DNA of 64,000 nucleotides from an uncultured Chloroflexia bacterium (GTDB taxonomy: Bacteria; Chloroflexota; Chloroflexia; QHBQ01; JADMIH01). The stretch covers positions 224,001 through 288,000 of the forward strand of contig CAWCNY010000004.1 of the NCBI GenBank assembly GCA_963797095.1, read 5' to 3'. Positions 38,617 to 48,642 of this stretch are shown piece by piece. The notes below the pieces were generated by a model. The model ran no database searches. It had not been told where the DNA came from and saw only the letters and a list, made by a program, of their open reading frames with translations. A program made the translations under genes and the position numbers. The first letter of the stretch is position 1; every line of letters starts with the position of its first letter.

Positions 38617-41181
38617 ATGCCGCGCCATGCTCAACGCAGTCTGTCGAAGATCGCGCTAACGTGCGTTATGATCCTGTCGTCGGTAATCGGAATTGGCGGA
38701 TTCGGGACAGCGCAGGCTCAGCCTAACACTCAAGCGAAACCCGCTAGCATCAACGGCCTCGTGATCAACGAGGTGGCGGATAGCCAAACTGTCGCTTCCG
38801 AGTATTTTGAGCTTTATAACACAAGCGCCAGCACAATTAACCTGTCAACGTATGTCATCTACAACCATGATGGCAATAACCCGCTTTCGCTTCTTTCGAA
38901 CCCACTGATTGAACCTGGGCAGTACCGGGTGATCGGGCCCTCTCAACTTGGAACGTCGACAATCGCCGGTTCCGGGCTGGCGACCACAGATTTCCTGGGG
39001 CTGCGCAATACCTCCCCCAGCGATCAGACCATCGACGTGGTGAACTGGGGAGGAGCGCCCGACCCGAGTTGGACCAACTACGACCTTTTTTCGTGCTGTT
39101 TCTTCCAGTCAGGTTCTCAACCTTCGCTGATTCCCGATAATCCAAAGGACATCCAGAGATGGCCTGATGGGCAGGACAGCGACCAGGGGAGCGACTGGGC
39201 ACAGATCACGCGCTCGCCCGGCACGGCGTCGTGCGGCGACCCTTATGAGGCGGACGACACCTTCGGTTCCGCCCCGACACAGAATGTCGGCACGACCAAC
39301 CTGCACCGTATCTGCCCCGCGAGCGACAACGACTTCATTCAGATCAACATGTCGCCATCCTTCAGCTATACGCTGCAAGCTACGGCGCTGGGGTCAAGGG
39401 TGGATACGCTGCTGAGGTTGTACGACCCCAGTGGCGTGGTGGTCGCAGAGGACAGCCCAGCGGGCAGCCGCAGCAGCGAAGTAGTGTACCGTCCTACCAC
39501 CGTTGGGGCATACCGCGCCCAGGTGATTGATGCTAACAACCAGGGCGGGAGCGGAGCGGACTATCTGTATAATTTCAGCATCGCCCAGGAGACGGCGGCC
39601 AGCCCTACACCCGCGCTTACGGCCACGCCCACACCGATAGCGTGCGAGGACGCTTATGAGCCGGACAACGTGTTCCCATCGGAGGCGAAAGTACTCGAAT
39701 TAAATACGGAACAGGTGCATACTTTCTGTTTGTCCAATACCCCGCAAATGGATACGGATTGGATGCTGTTTGTGGCGAGCGCGGGGAAGATCTACACTTT
39801 TTACACAAAGGATCTGAGCGGCCCGACCGACACTATACTTTCGTTGTATAAATCGGACGGCACCAAGTTGTATCAGAACGACGACTATCAACCGGGGCAG
39901 GGCCTAGCATCGAGAATAGACTGGTCATTTACCGATGCCGGCGTGTATTACCTGGCTGCACGCGAGAAGAGAGGCGGAAACTCGCCTGCATATAGATATA
40001 CAGTGGGGGTAAGCACAACGGGTGAGCTGCCGCCGACGGGCACACCCACGGCAAGCCCCACGCTCAGCCCCTTTAGCCCGACGCCGACCTCAGGCCCATG
40101 CTATGATGCGTTCGAGCCGGATGGGGTTCCGGAAACGGCCAGGATCATCTACATCGGGCAAACTCAGGAGCATAATATCTGTCCCGAAGGAGATGCAGAC
40201 TGGGTGAAGTTCTACGGGCGGGCAGGCAAAGCATATACAATTGCCACCAACAATCTCGGTATTGGCCTAGATACGTATATGTGGATCTTTGACAGCGATG
40301 CAACCACCATACTGGCGTACAACGATGATGGCGGGAACGGGGTGGCGTCGCGCATCGACTTTGTGCCGCTGAAGGACGATTTCTATTACGTCCAGGTAAA
40401 GAACGCGGGCGACCTCGGTTTGCCCGAAATGACTTACGAATTGAGTCTTGCGGTTACACCGGCATTGCCGGCACCGCCCTCCACGGCGACGGGCATAATC
40501 GCTCCGGTGCTTACAGTGACGCCGGGTGGCGGTGAGGAGAATCCGCCGACACCTACCAACATTGTGCTGCCTACCAAGCCGCCGGAATCTACGCCGACGC
40601 AAGGGGAGATTCCGCCCACCCCTGAGGTTCCAGCGCCGGTGGAAACTTCGGTGTCAGGTGTGCTGGGAGGGCCAACAGAGGTTGCGGGCAGCGAGGCGAC
40701 CGAACCGCCGGAGGTAGCGCCGACGGAGCCGCCACCTACGGAAGTGCCTGCAACAGAAGCGCCGCCTGTGGAGGTGCCAACGGAAGTGCCGACAGAAGTG
40801 CTGCCGGGTATACCGGTAACGGGAGCGCAAGCGCCTGCCGCGGTTGTCAATGCCGTGCCTCCTCCTGTCGCACCGGCCGCCGTGAAGATGGCCCCAATGC
40901 TCTTCCACGTCTTTTACGACCGTGACAAGAACGAGAAGTATGGCGCGAACGAAGGAATTAAGGGCGTGAGTGTCTATTTCCTCGACTCGACGGCCAGCTA
41001 CGCGCCCACCGCGAGCCTGACAACGACGGAGGCGGGTGAGGGGAGGCTGCAAGTGCCGGTAACTCCGCAGAAGGTGTTCATCCCATACTTTGACATTTTC
41101 ATGCCTCTCAAAAAGTTCCCCGAACGAGAGTCGCACTCGATCTGGCTTCAGCCGGTGAAGCTACCGGACAGAGTTCCTTAG
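38617..41181 (+). CDS. Secreted protein: lamin-tail domain + three PPC-like domains + Pro/Thr/Glu linker + C-terminal SdrD-B-like domain
   Basis: Signal peptide AQA; LVINEV..EYFELYN; three C.D.(Y/F)E.D ... DT.L.(L/I)(Y/F) repeats; VFYDRDKNEKYGANEGIKGV. Confidence 0.8.
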   Translation: MPRHAQRSLSKIALTCVMILSSVIGIGGFGTAQAQPNTQAKPASINGLVINEVADSQTVASEYFELYNTSASTINLSTYVIYNHDGNNPLSLLSNPLIEPGQYRVIGPSQLGTSTIAGSGLATTDFLGLRNTSPSDQTIDVVNWGGAPDPSWTNYDLFSCCFFQSGSQPSLIPDNPKDIQRWPDGQDSDQGSDWAQITRSPGTASCGDPYEADDTFGSAPTQNVGTTNLHRICPASDNDFIQINMSPSFSYTLQATALGSRVDTLLRLYDPSGVVVAEDSPAGSRSSEVVYRPTTVGAYRAQVIDANNQGGSGADYLYNFSIAQETAASPTPALTATPTPIACEDAYEPDNVFPSEAKVLELNTEQVHTFCLSNTPQMDTDWMLFVASAGKIYTFYTKDLSGPTDTILSLYKSDGTKLYQNDDYQPGQGLASRIDWSFTDAGVYYLAAREKRGGNSPAYRYTVGVSTTGELPPTGTPTASPTLSPFSPTPTSGPCYDAFEPDGVPETARIIYIGQTQEHNICPEGDADWVKFYGRAGKAYTIATNNLGIGLDTYMWIFDSDATTILAYNDDGGNGVASRIDFVPLKDDFYYVQVKNAGDLGLPEMTYELSLAVTPALPAPPSTATGIIAPVLTVTPGGGEENPPTPTNIVLPTKPPESTPTQGEIPPTPEVPAPVETSVSGVLGGPTEVAGSEATEPPEVAPTEPPPTEVPATEAPPVEVPTEVPTEVLPGIPVTGAQAPAAVVNAVPPPVAPAAVKMAPMLFHVFYDRDKNEKYGANEGIKGVSVYFLDSTASYAPTASLTTTEAGEGRLQVPVTPQKVFIPYFDIFMPLKKFPERESHSIWLQPVKLPDRVP

Positions 41182-41227
41182 TGGTTGAACTTTTACTGAA
41201 ATCTCTCCCTGAACGAGGCTTAATGGA

Positions 41228-42142
41228 ATGACCAACGACCATTCTACAGAAGATAGCGGGCACGACGATCACGACCATGAACATGACCCTGGAAGTGACG
41301 ATTCGGGGCATGAGGACCATGGGCATGGGCACGTCACGGATGATTCGGAGTTTGAAGCGTCAACTCTGGTCCCGACCACCTGGCGGCAATTGGTCTTTCC
41401 TGCCCTGATACTGCTGATCGTTGGTATATTGCTTATAGGGCCGGTCACAGGGGCTTTTGCGCCGACTCCCGCGCCACCGGGCACAAGCACCAGAGGCAGC
41501 GAAGGCGGTGAAGCTGCCGGGGAGCCAACGGCGGTGCAGGTGACGGCTACCAGCCCACCGGTAGCGCCCAGCGCGACTACTGCCCCTGCCGAGAGCACAG
41601 CGACGCCTGTTGCCGTGGTAGCAACCGCCACGACAGTGGCAGTCGTACCGACCGCGACCGCCGCAGGGCTGAGCGCGGACGCTATTGCCACACGAACGGC
41701 TGTGGCCGTTGCCGGGGAGGAGGGCAACGTTAGCCGCGCCCCGGAACAGCTATTGTTTGAAGGAGCGCAATTCACCGTCGTTGCGGGAGGGGACGTGCTC
41801 CCGGACTGGAAGACCACGGCGGACGAGGGGAAGGCGGTCTGGATTACGGGCACATATGCGAACCATGTAATCTATTTGCCTTACAGCGATGCCAACGCCC
41901 CGCTATTCACCGCCGCCAAGCAGGGGGATATCGTTAAGCTGGTGATGGATACAGGGCAGACTTTCGAGTTTGCCATCACGCGCTCGGAGCGGGCCTACAA
42001 TGGGCCACCGACAGCGGAAGGCCAGTTTACGACGGCAACGGCCATGAACCAGGACCACGCGGGCGTGACGCTATTCCTGGTGGGCGAACCCGCGAGCGAC
42101 CGGGCGGTAGTGCAGGCCGATTTCACGGGCAATATCCAATAG
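41228..42142 (+). CDS. His/Asp-rich N-terminus, TM anchor and sortase-like domain
   Basis: HDDHDHEH tract; TM; F..AKQGD.V.L....G..FEF.I ... VTLFLV ... DRAVVQADF follows the sortase fold pattern. Confidence 0.6.
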   Translation: MTNDHSTEDSGHDDHDHEHDPGSDDSGHEDHGHGHVTDDSEFEASTLVPTTWRQLVFPALILLIVGILLIGPVTGAFAPTPAPPGTSTRGSEGGEAAGEPTAVQVTATSPPVAPSATTAPAESTATPVAVVATATTVAVVPTATAAGLSADAIATRTAVAVAGEEGNVSRAPEQLLFEGAQFTVVAGGDVLPDWKTTADEGKAVWITGTYANHVIYLPYSDANAPLFTAAKQGDIVKLVMDTGQTFEFAITRSERAYNGPPTAEGQFTTATAMNQDHAGVTLFLVGEPASDRAVVQADFTGNIQ

Positions 42143-42160
42143 AGATATGAAGAGGTTGAA

Positions 42161-42934
42161 TTGTCCACGCCCTTACAACCGGGACAGACAATCATTTTCC
42201 TGGGCGACCACACCACCCCTGACGATCTGGGATATGTAGCGATAATACGGGACGTGCTTGCGAGATTCTTCCCGAAGCTTGGACTGCGGCTGATCTCGGC
42301 GGGTTCGCGCGGGCAGACCGCCACCGGGCTTGGTTCGCAGGCTATGATGGAGATTATTACTTCCAGCAAGCCGGACTGGTTGGTAGTTGGGATCGGGCTG
42401 ACCGATGCCATGCGGGAGCCGATTGTCGGGAAGGCCATTCAAGACGCGCGAGATGCGCGGACAAATCGTGAAGAGGACGAGGCAGCAGCCACATTTGGCC
42501 CTGAACTTGGACTGCGCCGGGAGAATCTCGGACCTATAAGCGATATCGGGCGCGAACCCGAACCGGTCACTGAGCAGCTAGGGGCGTTCAAAAGTAGTAT
42601 GAGCCTGGCGCTCAAGAGGCTGAGGTCGGCTGGCATTGGTGTGGTAGTGATGACCACTGTCTTGACCGACACGGACCCAAAGAGTGTAACGAACCGGGTA
42701 TTGCGCGTCTATAACCAGGCGATCAGGGAGGTTGCCCTGGAATCTGAGGCGCTTGTCGTAGACGTTGAGAAGGCTTACAGAGACGTGTTGGACCGAGCGC
42801 TCAACTATAAGCAGAAGTTGGCACTTGCATCGCCTACGGGCGTGCTCAACGCGCAGGGGGAGGCGCTGCTGGCCCGTACTGTATTGAGTGGGCTGAGTTT
42901 GTTGCCTCAGCCAGGCTGGAGACCATCCGGGTAG
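42161..42934 (+). CDS. SGNH/GDSL-like protein (degenerate active site)
   Basis: IIFLGDHTT, AGSRG, KPDWLVVGIGLTD, YNQAIREVA; catalytic Ser and DxxH absent. Confidence 0.7.
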   Translation: MSTPLQPGQTIIFLGDHTTPDDLGYVAIIRDVLARFFPKLGLRLISAGSRGQTATGLGSQAMMEIITSSKPDWLVVGIGLTDAMREPIVGKAIQDARDARTNREEDEAAATFGPELGLRRENLGPISDIGREPEPVTEQLGAFKSSMSLALKRLRSAGIGVVVMTTVLTDTDPKSVTNRVLRVYNQAIREVALESEALVVDVEKAYRDVLDRALNYKQKLALASPTGVLNAQGEALLARTVLSGLSLLPQPGWRPSG

Positions 42935-43004
42935 CGAACTTCTTCCGGCGCAGAGGGGCTTGCAACCAGGTTGGGACGCTTCGGGTGCGAGGCAGCAAGG
43001 GGCG

Positions 43005-45470
43005 TCACGAGGCCACGAAGATATAGTAGAGGAGCGAAAGGATCAGGCCGAGCACGAGGATGGCCGCCCAGGGAAAGGTTGCGGACATCGGTCGGGAACC
43101 GGCGGTGGCTCGGCCTAGGTGGAACGGTACGTCGGCAACGACGGTGTTCGGCCTGAACAAGAGGGCAGCTTTGAGCCTGAGTGCGCTCTGGTTGTGCAAG
43201 AGATACTCCCACCACTTGGCAGGCAGGAACTCAGGCAGCACGATTGTGATTGTGTCGTCTGTGTATTGGCGGTCGAGCGCATCAATATAGGATAGCAAGG
43301 GGCCTATCAGTGACCTGTAGGGTGATTTTATTATCACCAGATTGATATCAGTATCGCCCATGTGCTGCCGCCACTCGCGGTTGAAGTGCTCGGCCTCCTC
43401 AGGGTCTTCTCCTTCGACGATGTGAACGGCGGTGACGTTGGACGAGAGGGAGCGCGCATAATCGAGGGCGCTGATCGACACGCTGCTCAGGCTAGATACC
43501 GGCACCACGAAGGTATGCTTGTACTCTTTTCGACGGGGCACTTCAGCCGCAGCGACCTCATCGGCCACGCGCCGGTAGTGCCTGTGGATTGCCAGGAAGA
43601 TGCCAATCTGGAAGGGGATCAGGACGATCACCAGCCAGGTGCCTTTATCAAGCTTGGTAAGGGTAGCAACGAGGAAGACCATCAGAGTAGTAGCGGCACC
43701 GATTGCGTTGAGGAGCAGGTTGCGCTGCCAGCCTGGGGGACGGGTGCGCCACCAACGGACGACCATGCCGCTCTGGGAGAAAGTGAAAGCGGAAAAGACG
43801 CCAATAGCGTAGAGTGGAATGAGGGCGGAGGTCTCGCCGTCGAAGGCCATGATCAGGATGCAGGCGAGGGCGGCGAGGGTGACGATGCCCCAGGAGAAGG
43901 CGAGGCGGTCGCCCCTGAACGAGAACTGGTGGGGCATGAAGCGGTCACGGGCCAGGAAGTAGGAGAGGCGCGGGAAGTCGGCGAAGGCGGTATTGGCGGC
44001 GAGTACAAGGATTAGTGCGGTCGCGATCTGGATGACGTACCAGAAGGCATTGGTCCCGAACACCGTGCGGGCTATCTGGGACACCACGGTCTCGTCCTCG
44101 CTTGGCAGCACGTTGAGGTAGGTGGCGAGATAGGTAATGCCCGCGAACATAGTGATAGAGATCGCCCCCATATAGAGGAGGGTGCGCCGGGCGTTGGCCG
44201 CTTCAGGCGGCTTGAAGGCGGGCACACCGTCGGCTATAGCTTCAACACCGGTGAGGGCCGCAGAACCCTGCGTGAAGGCTCTCAGGAGCAAGAGTATGCT
44301 GACGCCCTGGAGACTTGCCTGAGCATCTGTGAGAAGGGTGGCTGAGGGCGGTTGATAATCTAACGGGCCGCCGATGTTCAGAAACTGTCGAAGAAGGCCA
44401 TAGGCGATCATCGCGAGAATGCTGAAGATAAATACGTATGTTGGCACCGCGAAGATGTTACCGGCCTCGCGCAGGCCACGCAGGTTTGCAACTGTGATGA
44501 AGACGACCAGAGCGATACAAACCTCAACGCGATATTCACGGATGGTCGGGTATAGAGAATAGAGCGCTGCGACACCGGCGGCAACGCTCACCGCTACGGT
44601 GAGTATGTAGCCGATGAGGATGGATGAGGCCGCCGCGAGGCCGGGCAATTGTCCTAAGTTATCCTTTGCCACGATGTAGGTGCCGCCACCACGGGGATAG
44701 GCGGCAATGGTCTGGCGGTATGAGGCTACCACGATGATCATGAGGAGGATGACGGCTCCGGCGAGCGGCATGGCCCACCAAAGCGCTGCGGCTCCCGCAA
44801 GCACCAATATTCGCAGAATTTCCTCGGTGGCATAGGCCACGGACGATAGTGCGTCGGAGGAGAGGACTGCCAGGGCCTTGACGTTGGTCAGCCTCTCGTG
44901 CATGGCGTGCTCGGTGCTGATCGGAGGCCCGATAAAGATGCGTTTTATGAGAGAGTAGAGCCTTCCCCAACTGCTGCGGGGCCTTTCGGTGTCCAGGGAC
45001 GCAGATAGAATGCCGCCACCCTTCCGGCGAAATGGTCCAACGGTGCGCTCAAAGCGCACGTATCGGTCTCCGGGGTGGCTCCCTTTCATAAGCTCCTGCT
45101 GCCGCAGATCGGGATTTACCTTGTGCGGCATTGAGGTCGGAACCGAACTGGGGGCAGCAGGGCCATTGGCCTGGTTTGCGCTGTCCTCCTTGACTGTTGG
45201 CCTGGCTTGCGGGGCGACCTCTTCTTCGACGGTAGAAGTGGGTTGCGGCGCTTCGGGGGGGCCCGGCGTGCGCGTTTCGAACTCTCTGATTTCGCCTTTG
45301 TCCGAAACTATTTTGCGGCGATGAGAAGGCGGGGAAGTTGCCTGGCGGTCGATGTCGCCGGGGCGGGCGCCGTTCCCCTGTGGCTCAGGCCGACCTGAGC
45401 TTACAGGTTGATCTGTGCCTGTGGTATCGCGTTGTGGGTTGGGGTCACGCTGTTGAGTTTGGTCGTCCAT
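43005..45470 (-). CDS. kimA: APC/KUP-type K+ importer KimA (YdaO)
   Basis: SSDALSSVAYATEE, SYRQTI.AYP.GGG.Y, ALTGVEAIADG, LIPLYAIGVF, SPYRSL..P, LLHNQSAL.LK. Confidence 0.85.
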   Translation of the reverse strand: MDDQTQQRDPNPQRDTTGTDQPVSSGRPEPQGNGARPGDIDRQATSPPSHRRKIVSDKGEIREFETRTPGPPEAPQPTSTVEEEVAPQARPTVKEDSANQANGPAAPSSVPTSMPHKVNPDLRQQELMKGSHPGDRYVRFERTVGPFRRKGGGILSASLDTERPRSSWGRLYSLIKRIFIGPPISTEHAMHERLTNVKALAVLSSDALSSVAYATEEILRILVLAGAAALWWAMPLAGAVILLMIIVVASYRQTIAAYPRGGGTYIVAKDNLGQLPGLAAASSILIGYILTVAVSVAAGVAALYSLYPTIREYRVEVCIALVVFITVANLRGLREAGNIFAVPTYVFIFSILAMIAYGLLRQFLNIGGPLDYQPPSATLLTDAQASLQGVSILLLLRAFTQGSAALTGVEAIADGVPAFKPPEAANARRTLLYMGAISITMFAGITYLATYLNVLPSEDETVVSQIARTVFGTNAFWYVIQIATALILVLAANTAFADFPRLSYFLARDRFMPHQFSFRGDRLAFSWGIVTLAALACILIMAFDGETSALIPLYAIGVFSAFTFSQSGMVVRWWRTRPPGWQRNLLLNAIGAATTLMVFLVATLTKLDKGTWLVIVLIPFQIGIFLAIHRHYRRVADEVAAAEVPRRKEYKHTFVVPVSSLSSVSISALDYARSLSSNVTAVHIVEGEDPEEAEHFNREWRQHMGDTDINLVIIKSPYRSLIGPLLSYIDALDRQYTDDTITIVLPEFLPAKWWEYLLHNQSALRLKAALLFRPNTVVADVPFHLGRATAGSRPMSATFPWAAILVLGLILSLLYYIFVAS

Positions 45471-45493
45471 GTTGTTGGGTAGATAACTCCGGA

Positions 45494-46412
45494 TTAGCGT
45501 TTCATCAAGTTGCCAACGATGAATAGCACGTTAGCAGGGCGTTCGGCGAGTCGCCGCATGAAGTAAGGATACCACTCGCTGCCGTAAGGGACGTAAACGC
45601 GCATGTTGTAGCCTTCCTGCACAAGCTCCGACTGTAATTCGCGACGCACGCCGTAGAGCATCTGGTACTCAAAGCGGGCAGGGGCAATGCCATGAGAGGA
45701 CGCATAGCGTTTTGCGAAGGCGATCAAGCGGGGATCATGGGTGGCTATGCCAGGATAGTGCCCGTCACGCAGCAAGAGGGCCGCCAGTTTTGCATAATTC
45801 CTGTCTACGTCGGCTTTTTTGGGGAAAGCCACATCGGCCGGTTCGTTGTACGCGCCTTTGCAGAGGCGAACACGGGCTCCAAGCCGGTTCATTTCGCGAA
45901 CGTCCTCTTCGGTTCGATACAGGTATGCTTGTAATACCACACCTACATTTCTATAGCCAGATTTGTGCCACAGTCGCCGGAAGATATCGAGCGTACGGTC
46001 GGTGTAGGCAGTGCTCTCCATGTCGAGACGCACAAAGTTATCCAATTCCTGCGCCCGGCTGCAGATTCGCGATACATTGTCAAAGCAAAGGTCCTCGTCT
46101 ATATCCAGGCCCATCTGGGTAAGCTTTAGCGACACGTTGGACTTGATATGGGTCGAACTCGATCCTATTCAATACCTCTATATACGAGTCCGCAGCAGCG
46201 CGCGCTTCATCGTGGGTGCTGACATTTTCACCGAGATGGTCAAACGTCGCCATTATGCCCCTGGCGTTCAGGGTGCGAATCGCCCTGACGGCTTGATCGA
46301 GGGTTTCGCCCGCTACGAAACGCAATGCGAACCTGCGGGCCATCCCGTTGCTCAAGGCTATATCCTGTAGCTCTCGGCTGTTTGACAAAGTAAGAAATGT
46401 CTGTCTTAGCAC
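45494..46412 (-). pseudogene. putB: Monofunctional proline dehydrogenase with a +1 frameshift near 46157
   Basis: 5' ORF RFVAGE..DHLGE joins 3' ORF SLKLTQMG, DME, QAYLYR, RLCKGAY, IATHD, YFMRRLAERPAN once one extra T is removed. Confidence 0.85.
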
Positions 46413-46479
46413 GGCAAGCTCCTCTCATCATTGAGGGTTTGGAGACAGGGGATCATACCTAAGGAGTCGTGTAAAAGCG

Positions 46480-46511
46480 GAGGACGAAAGACACTGCCGT
46501 CCTTCGTCCTC
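46480..46511. terminator. Hairpin/terminator
   Basis: GAGGACGAAAGAC-actgcc-GTCCTTCGTCCTC. Confidence 0.65.
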
Positions 46512-46530
46512 TGTTTATGGTGAGATAGTT

Positions 46531-47244
46531 TCAAGGTGTCGGGTTATGCCTGGGAAGTAGAGCCTGGACAGAGAGTGGAACCGATCTGTCCGAGGAAGGT
46601 TCGGGAGTCTTTATCGGGTCCTTATCGGTCCAAAGGCCGTCAGGGAAGGCTTCGTAGCCACTTTCCTCGTTGAACGCGCCTATATCGGTACCCACCACCA
46701 CTATTTCCGCGCTATCGCCGGGAGCCAGACCATCGGGGCTGTAGAAGTTGCCGATTCCGCTGCCGACGATCTTCTTATTCGAATCGGTTCTGGGACGGTC
46801 ATAGAAGAGCACCTTTACGCTAGCATTAAGCACTTTGGCAGGTTCCGGAGCGGGGGTTGGAGCATTGGGGGTTGGGGTGCCCTGGAGCGGTGGGGGCTGC
46901 ATGACGTTATTGGTGAGCTTGACCGTAACAGTGACGGTGCGGTAGGTATCGGTGTTGACTACCGGAGTGCCCTGCACTTGCGTGGTGGTAGTGAATGTCT
47001 CCAGTTGAACGATGGGTGTTCCTACGAACTCCAGCTTGAGACCTTCAGCATAGGGAGAGGCTGGCTTGACATTGACTTCGTCGGTGGACTGGAACGGACC
47101 TATACCGTTCAGCATGCCTATGGTAAGGGCCATTGTGACCAGTACAACGAAGGTCACAACGACAAGGATCACCCAGGTGATAGGCCGGGGCCGCCAGCGC
47201 GTAGCAGACCTGCGGCGGCCGGCGTCACGAGATGCTGTGGACAA
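46531..47244 (-). CDS. Membrane-anchored hypothetical protein with Ig-like ectodomain
   Basis: Basic N-terminus, one TM, beta-rich domain ending LAPGDSA. Confidence 0.7.
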   Translation of the reverse strand: MSTASRDAGRRRSATRWRPRPITWVILVVVTFVVLVTMALTIGMLNGIGPFQSTDEVNVKPASPYAEGLKLEFVGTPIVQLETFTTTTQVQGTPVVNTDTYRTVTVTVKLTNNVMQPPPLQGTPTPNAPTPAPEPAKVLNASVKVLFYDRPRTDSNKKIVGSGIGNFYSPDGLAPGDSAEIVVVGTDIGAFNEESGYEAFPDGLWTDKDPIKTPEPSSDRSVPLSVQALLPRHNPTP

Positions 47245-47342
47245 CTATGCTCCCCCCTTCAAGGCACAATTGTAAATGCGACGGTGGCAACGCGCTTATT
47301 ATAGCACCCTCTCCTATGCCCGGCAAGCGTGAAATCGAGCGC

Positions 47343-47494
47343 GAAGGTCTATTCATTATCGCTTAGAGCGAGGGAGAGACCACTCACTCCCAGCCCCGCC
47401 TCCTTTGTCGGCACTCCACGTGAGCGAGGAGAGGGGAGTTAAATAGAATGGAGAGAGTTGGGGGACACCCCCTACTGAGAAGGAATAGACCCTG
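47343..47494. mobile_element. About 150-bp MITE-like element (family C)
   Basis: GAAGGTCTATTCATT ... AAGGAATAGACCCTG imperfect TIRs flanked by AATCGAGCGC / AATCGGGCGC (9/10 direct repeat). Confidence 0.65.
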
Positions 47495-47535
47495 AATCGG
47501 GCGCAGAGAGTTAAGGTGGGAGCAACGGGAGCGAA

Positions 47536-48390
47536 CTAGGAAGCAAGCGAGTCGCGTCCGGCGGAGGCTAGCTCGCGGAGGCGCTTGATAACTCTCTCGG
47601 CGCGTGACGCGGTTAGCTGCGATAGCGCCTGGACATTGAGGCTCTCGCACAACTCAGGCACCGACATACCTGCTCTGTCCACGAGCTTGCTTATCTCACG
47701 CCACTGAGCAGGGGTGCAAAGACCGGTCGCGCCGCCCTCTAACTGGGCAATCTCCATGCCAACGTCGGCTGTTGAGCGCGAAGTGGGTCTGGTGGGCTGA
47801 AGGGTATTTGCAGCAGGTGCTTCATGGGGAGGTAAGTGTGTATTGGAGGTCGGCTGATTTGCGGGGGTGTCTTCCGTTTCATAGGGACGGTCGCGCCCGT
47901 AGAGATCGAGGCCGATACCGAGCAAAGAGGCGCATTTCTTGAGCGCATCGCTGGCCGCGGCCTTATAATCATCAGCTATGGAGAGGGGCTTGCCGCTTTT
48001 GGCTCCGGAAGCATGGCGTTTTATTTCCGCGCCACCGAACTGGGTCTTGACAATGGTCTGGCCGCCCGGTGTGCGCACGGTCAGGCGCGCTTCAACTATA
48101 ACATCATCGTCGAGGATTTGTTTGTCCATGATCTCGAAGTCCCAGTTGAAGCCGAAAACGAGGTTCAGCCGCTCGGTGACATAGCCGTGTTCAATGTAGG
48201 AGAATTGGAGACCGCCGCGCCCCTGCCTGGTCTTGATCTCATGCCGGGGGGTGCGTTGGAGCAGGAAATCGACCTGGGCTTCGCTGAGCGTTTGCAAGAG
48301 GAGCTTATGACGCTCGTCTCTGGCAATTGCGCCCGGCTCGATCTTCACAAGGTCGCCGTTGAAGATTTGAGAGGTTTCATCGCTGTGCAT
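47536..48390 (-). CDS. Rad52/Rad22 (Sak-like) single-strand annealing protein
   Basis: IKTRQGRGG..FSYI....VTERLN.VFG.NW.FEI ... KAAASDALKKCASLLGIG.DLY; C-terminal TPAQ...I..L ... LT...A..I..L helical module. Confidence 0.88.
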   Translation of the reverse strand: MHSDETSQIFNGDLVKIEPGAIARDERHKLLLQTLSEAQVDFLLQRTPRHEIKTRQGRGGLQFSYIEHGYVTERLNLVFGFNWDFEIMDKQILDDDVIVEARLTVRTPGGQTIVKTQFGGAEIKRHASGAKSGKPLSIADDYKAAASDALKKCASLLGIGLDLYGRDRPYETEDTPANQPTSNTHLPPHEAPAANTLQPTRPTSRSTADVGMEIAQLEGGATGLCTPAQWREISKLVDRAGMSVPELCESLNVQALSQLTASRAERVIKRLRELASAGRDSLAS

Positions 48391-48421
48391 CAGGGTCTCG
48401 CTTTCCAGGGAGCTTATGACC

Positions 48422-48450
48422 ATATTAGCACATATGTTCGTCTCATGCAA
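48422..48450 (-). promoter_or_regulatory. Sigma-70 promoter with a LexA (SOS) box in the spacer
   Basis: TTGCAT-17bp-TAATAT (extended TG); CGAACATATGTGCT at 48427-48440 is GAAC-N4-GTTC with one mismatch. Confidence 0.75.
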
Positions 48451-48462
48451 GGGCCGAATGGG

Positions 48463-48642
48463 CTATCTTTTGCGATTGACCTTGCGGACAGTTTTGCCGG
48501 AGACTTTGGTCTTGCGCTCGGCCTCGAACGCGGCCAGGCCCTCGCCCGCACGCAGAGTGCGATAGCGGATGTTCTGGAACTTGGAATTGATTGCTTTCCT
48601 GCGCCGCTGATCGCGCCTGTCGGCCTTATCTGGTGGCGGCAT
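48463..48642 (-). CDS. Small basic hypothetical protein (59 aa; below the ORF-track cutoff)
   Basis: AAGGAGGTG RBS; MPPPDKADRRDQRRRKAINSKFQNIRYRTLRAGEGLAAFEAERKTKVSGKTVRKVNRKR. Confidence 0.65.
   Translation of the reverse strand: MPPPDKADRRDQRRRKAINSKFQNIRYRTLRAGEGLAAFEAERKTKVSGKTVRKVNRKR

Noticed and set aside
45471-46530. c-di-AMP (ydaO) riboswitch for kimA
   Set aside because: Only 23 bp upstream of kimA, and no motif upstream of putB
47536-48642. Prophage remnant explanation for the Rad52-like gene
   Set aside because: No integrase, structural, SSB or other phage genes nearby; composition matches the host
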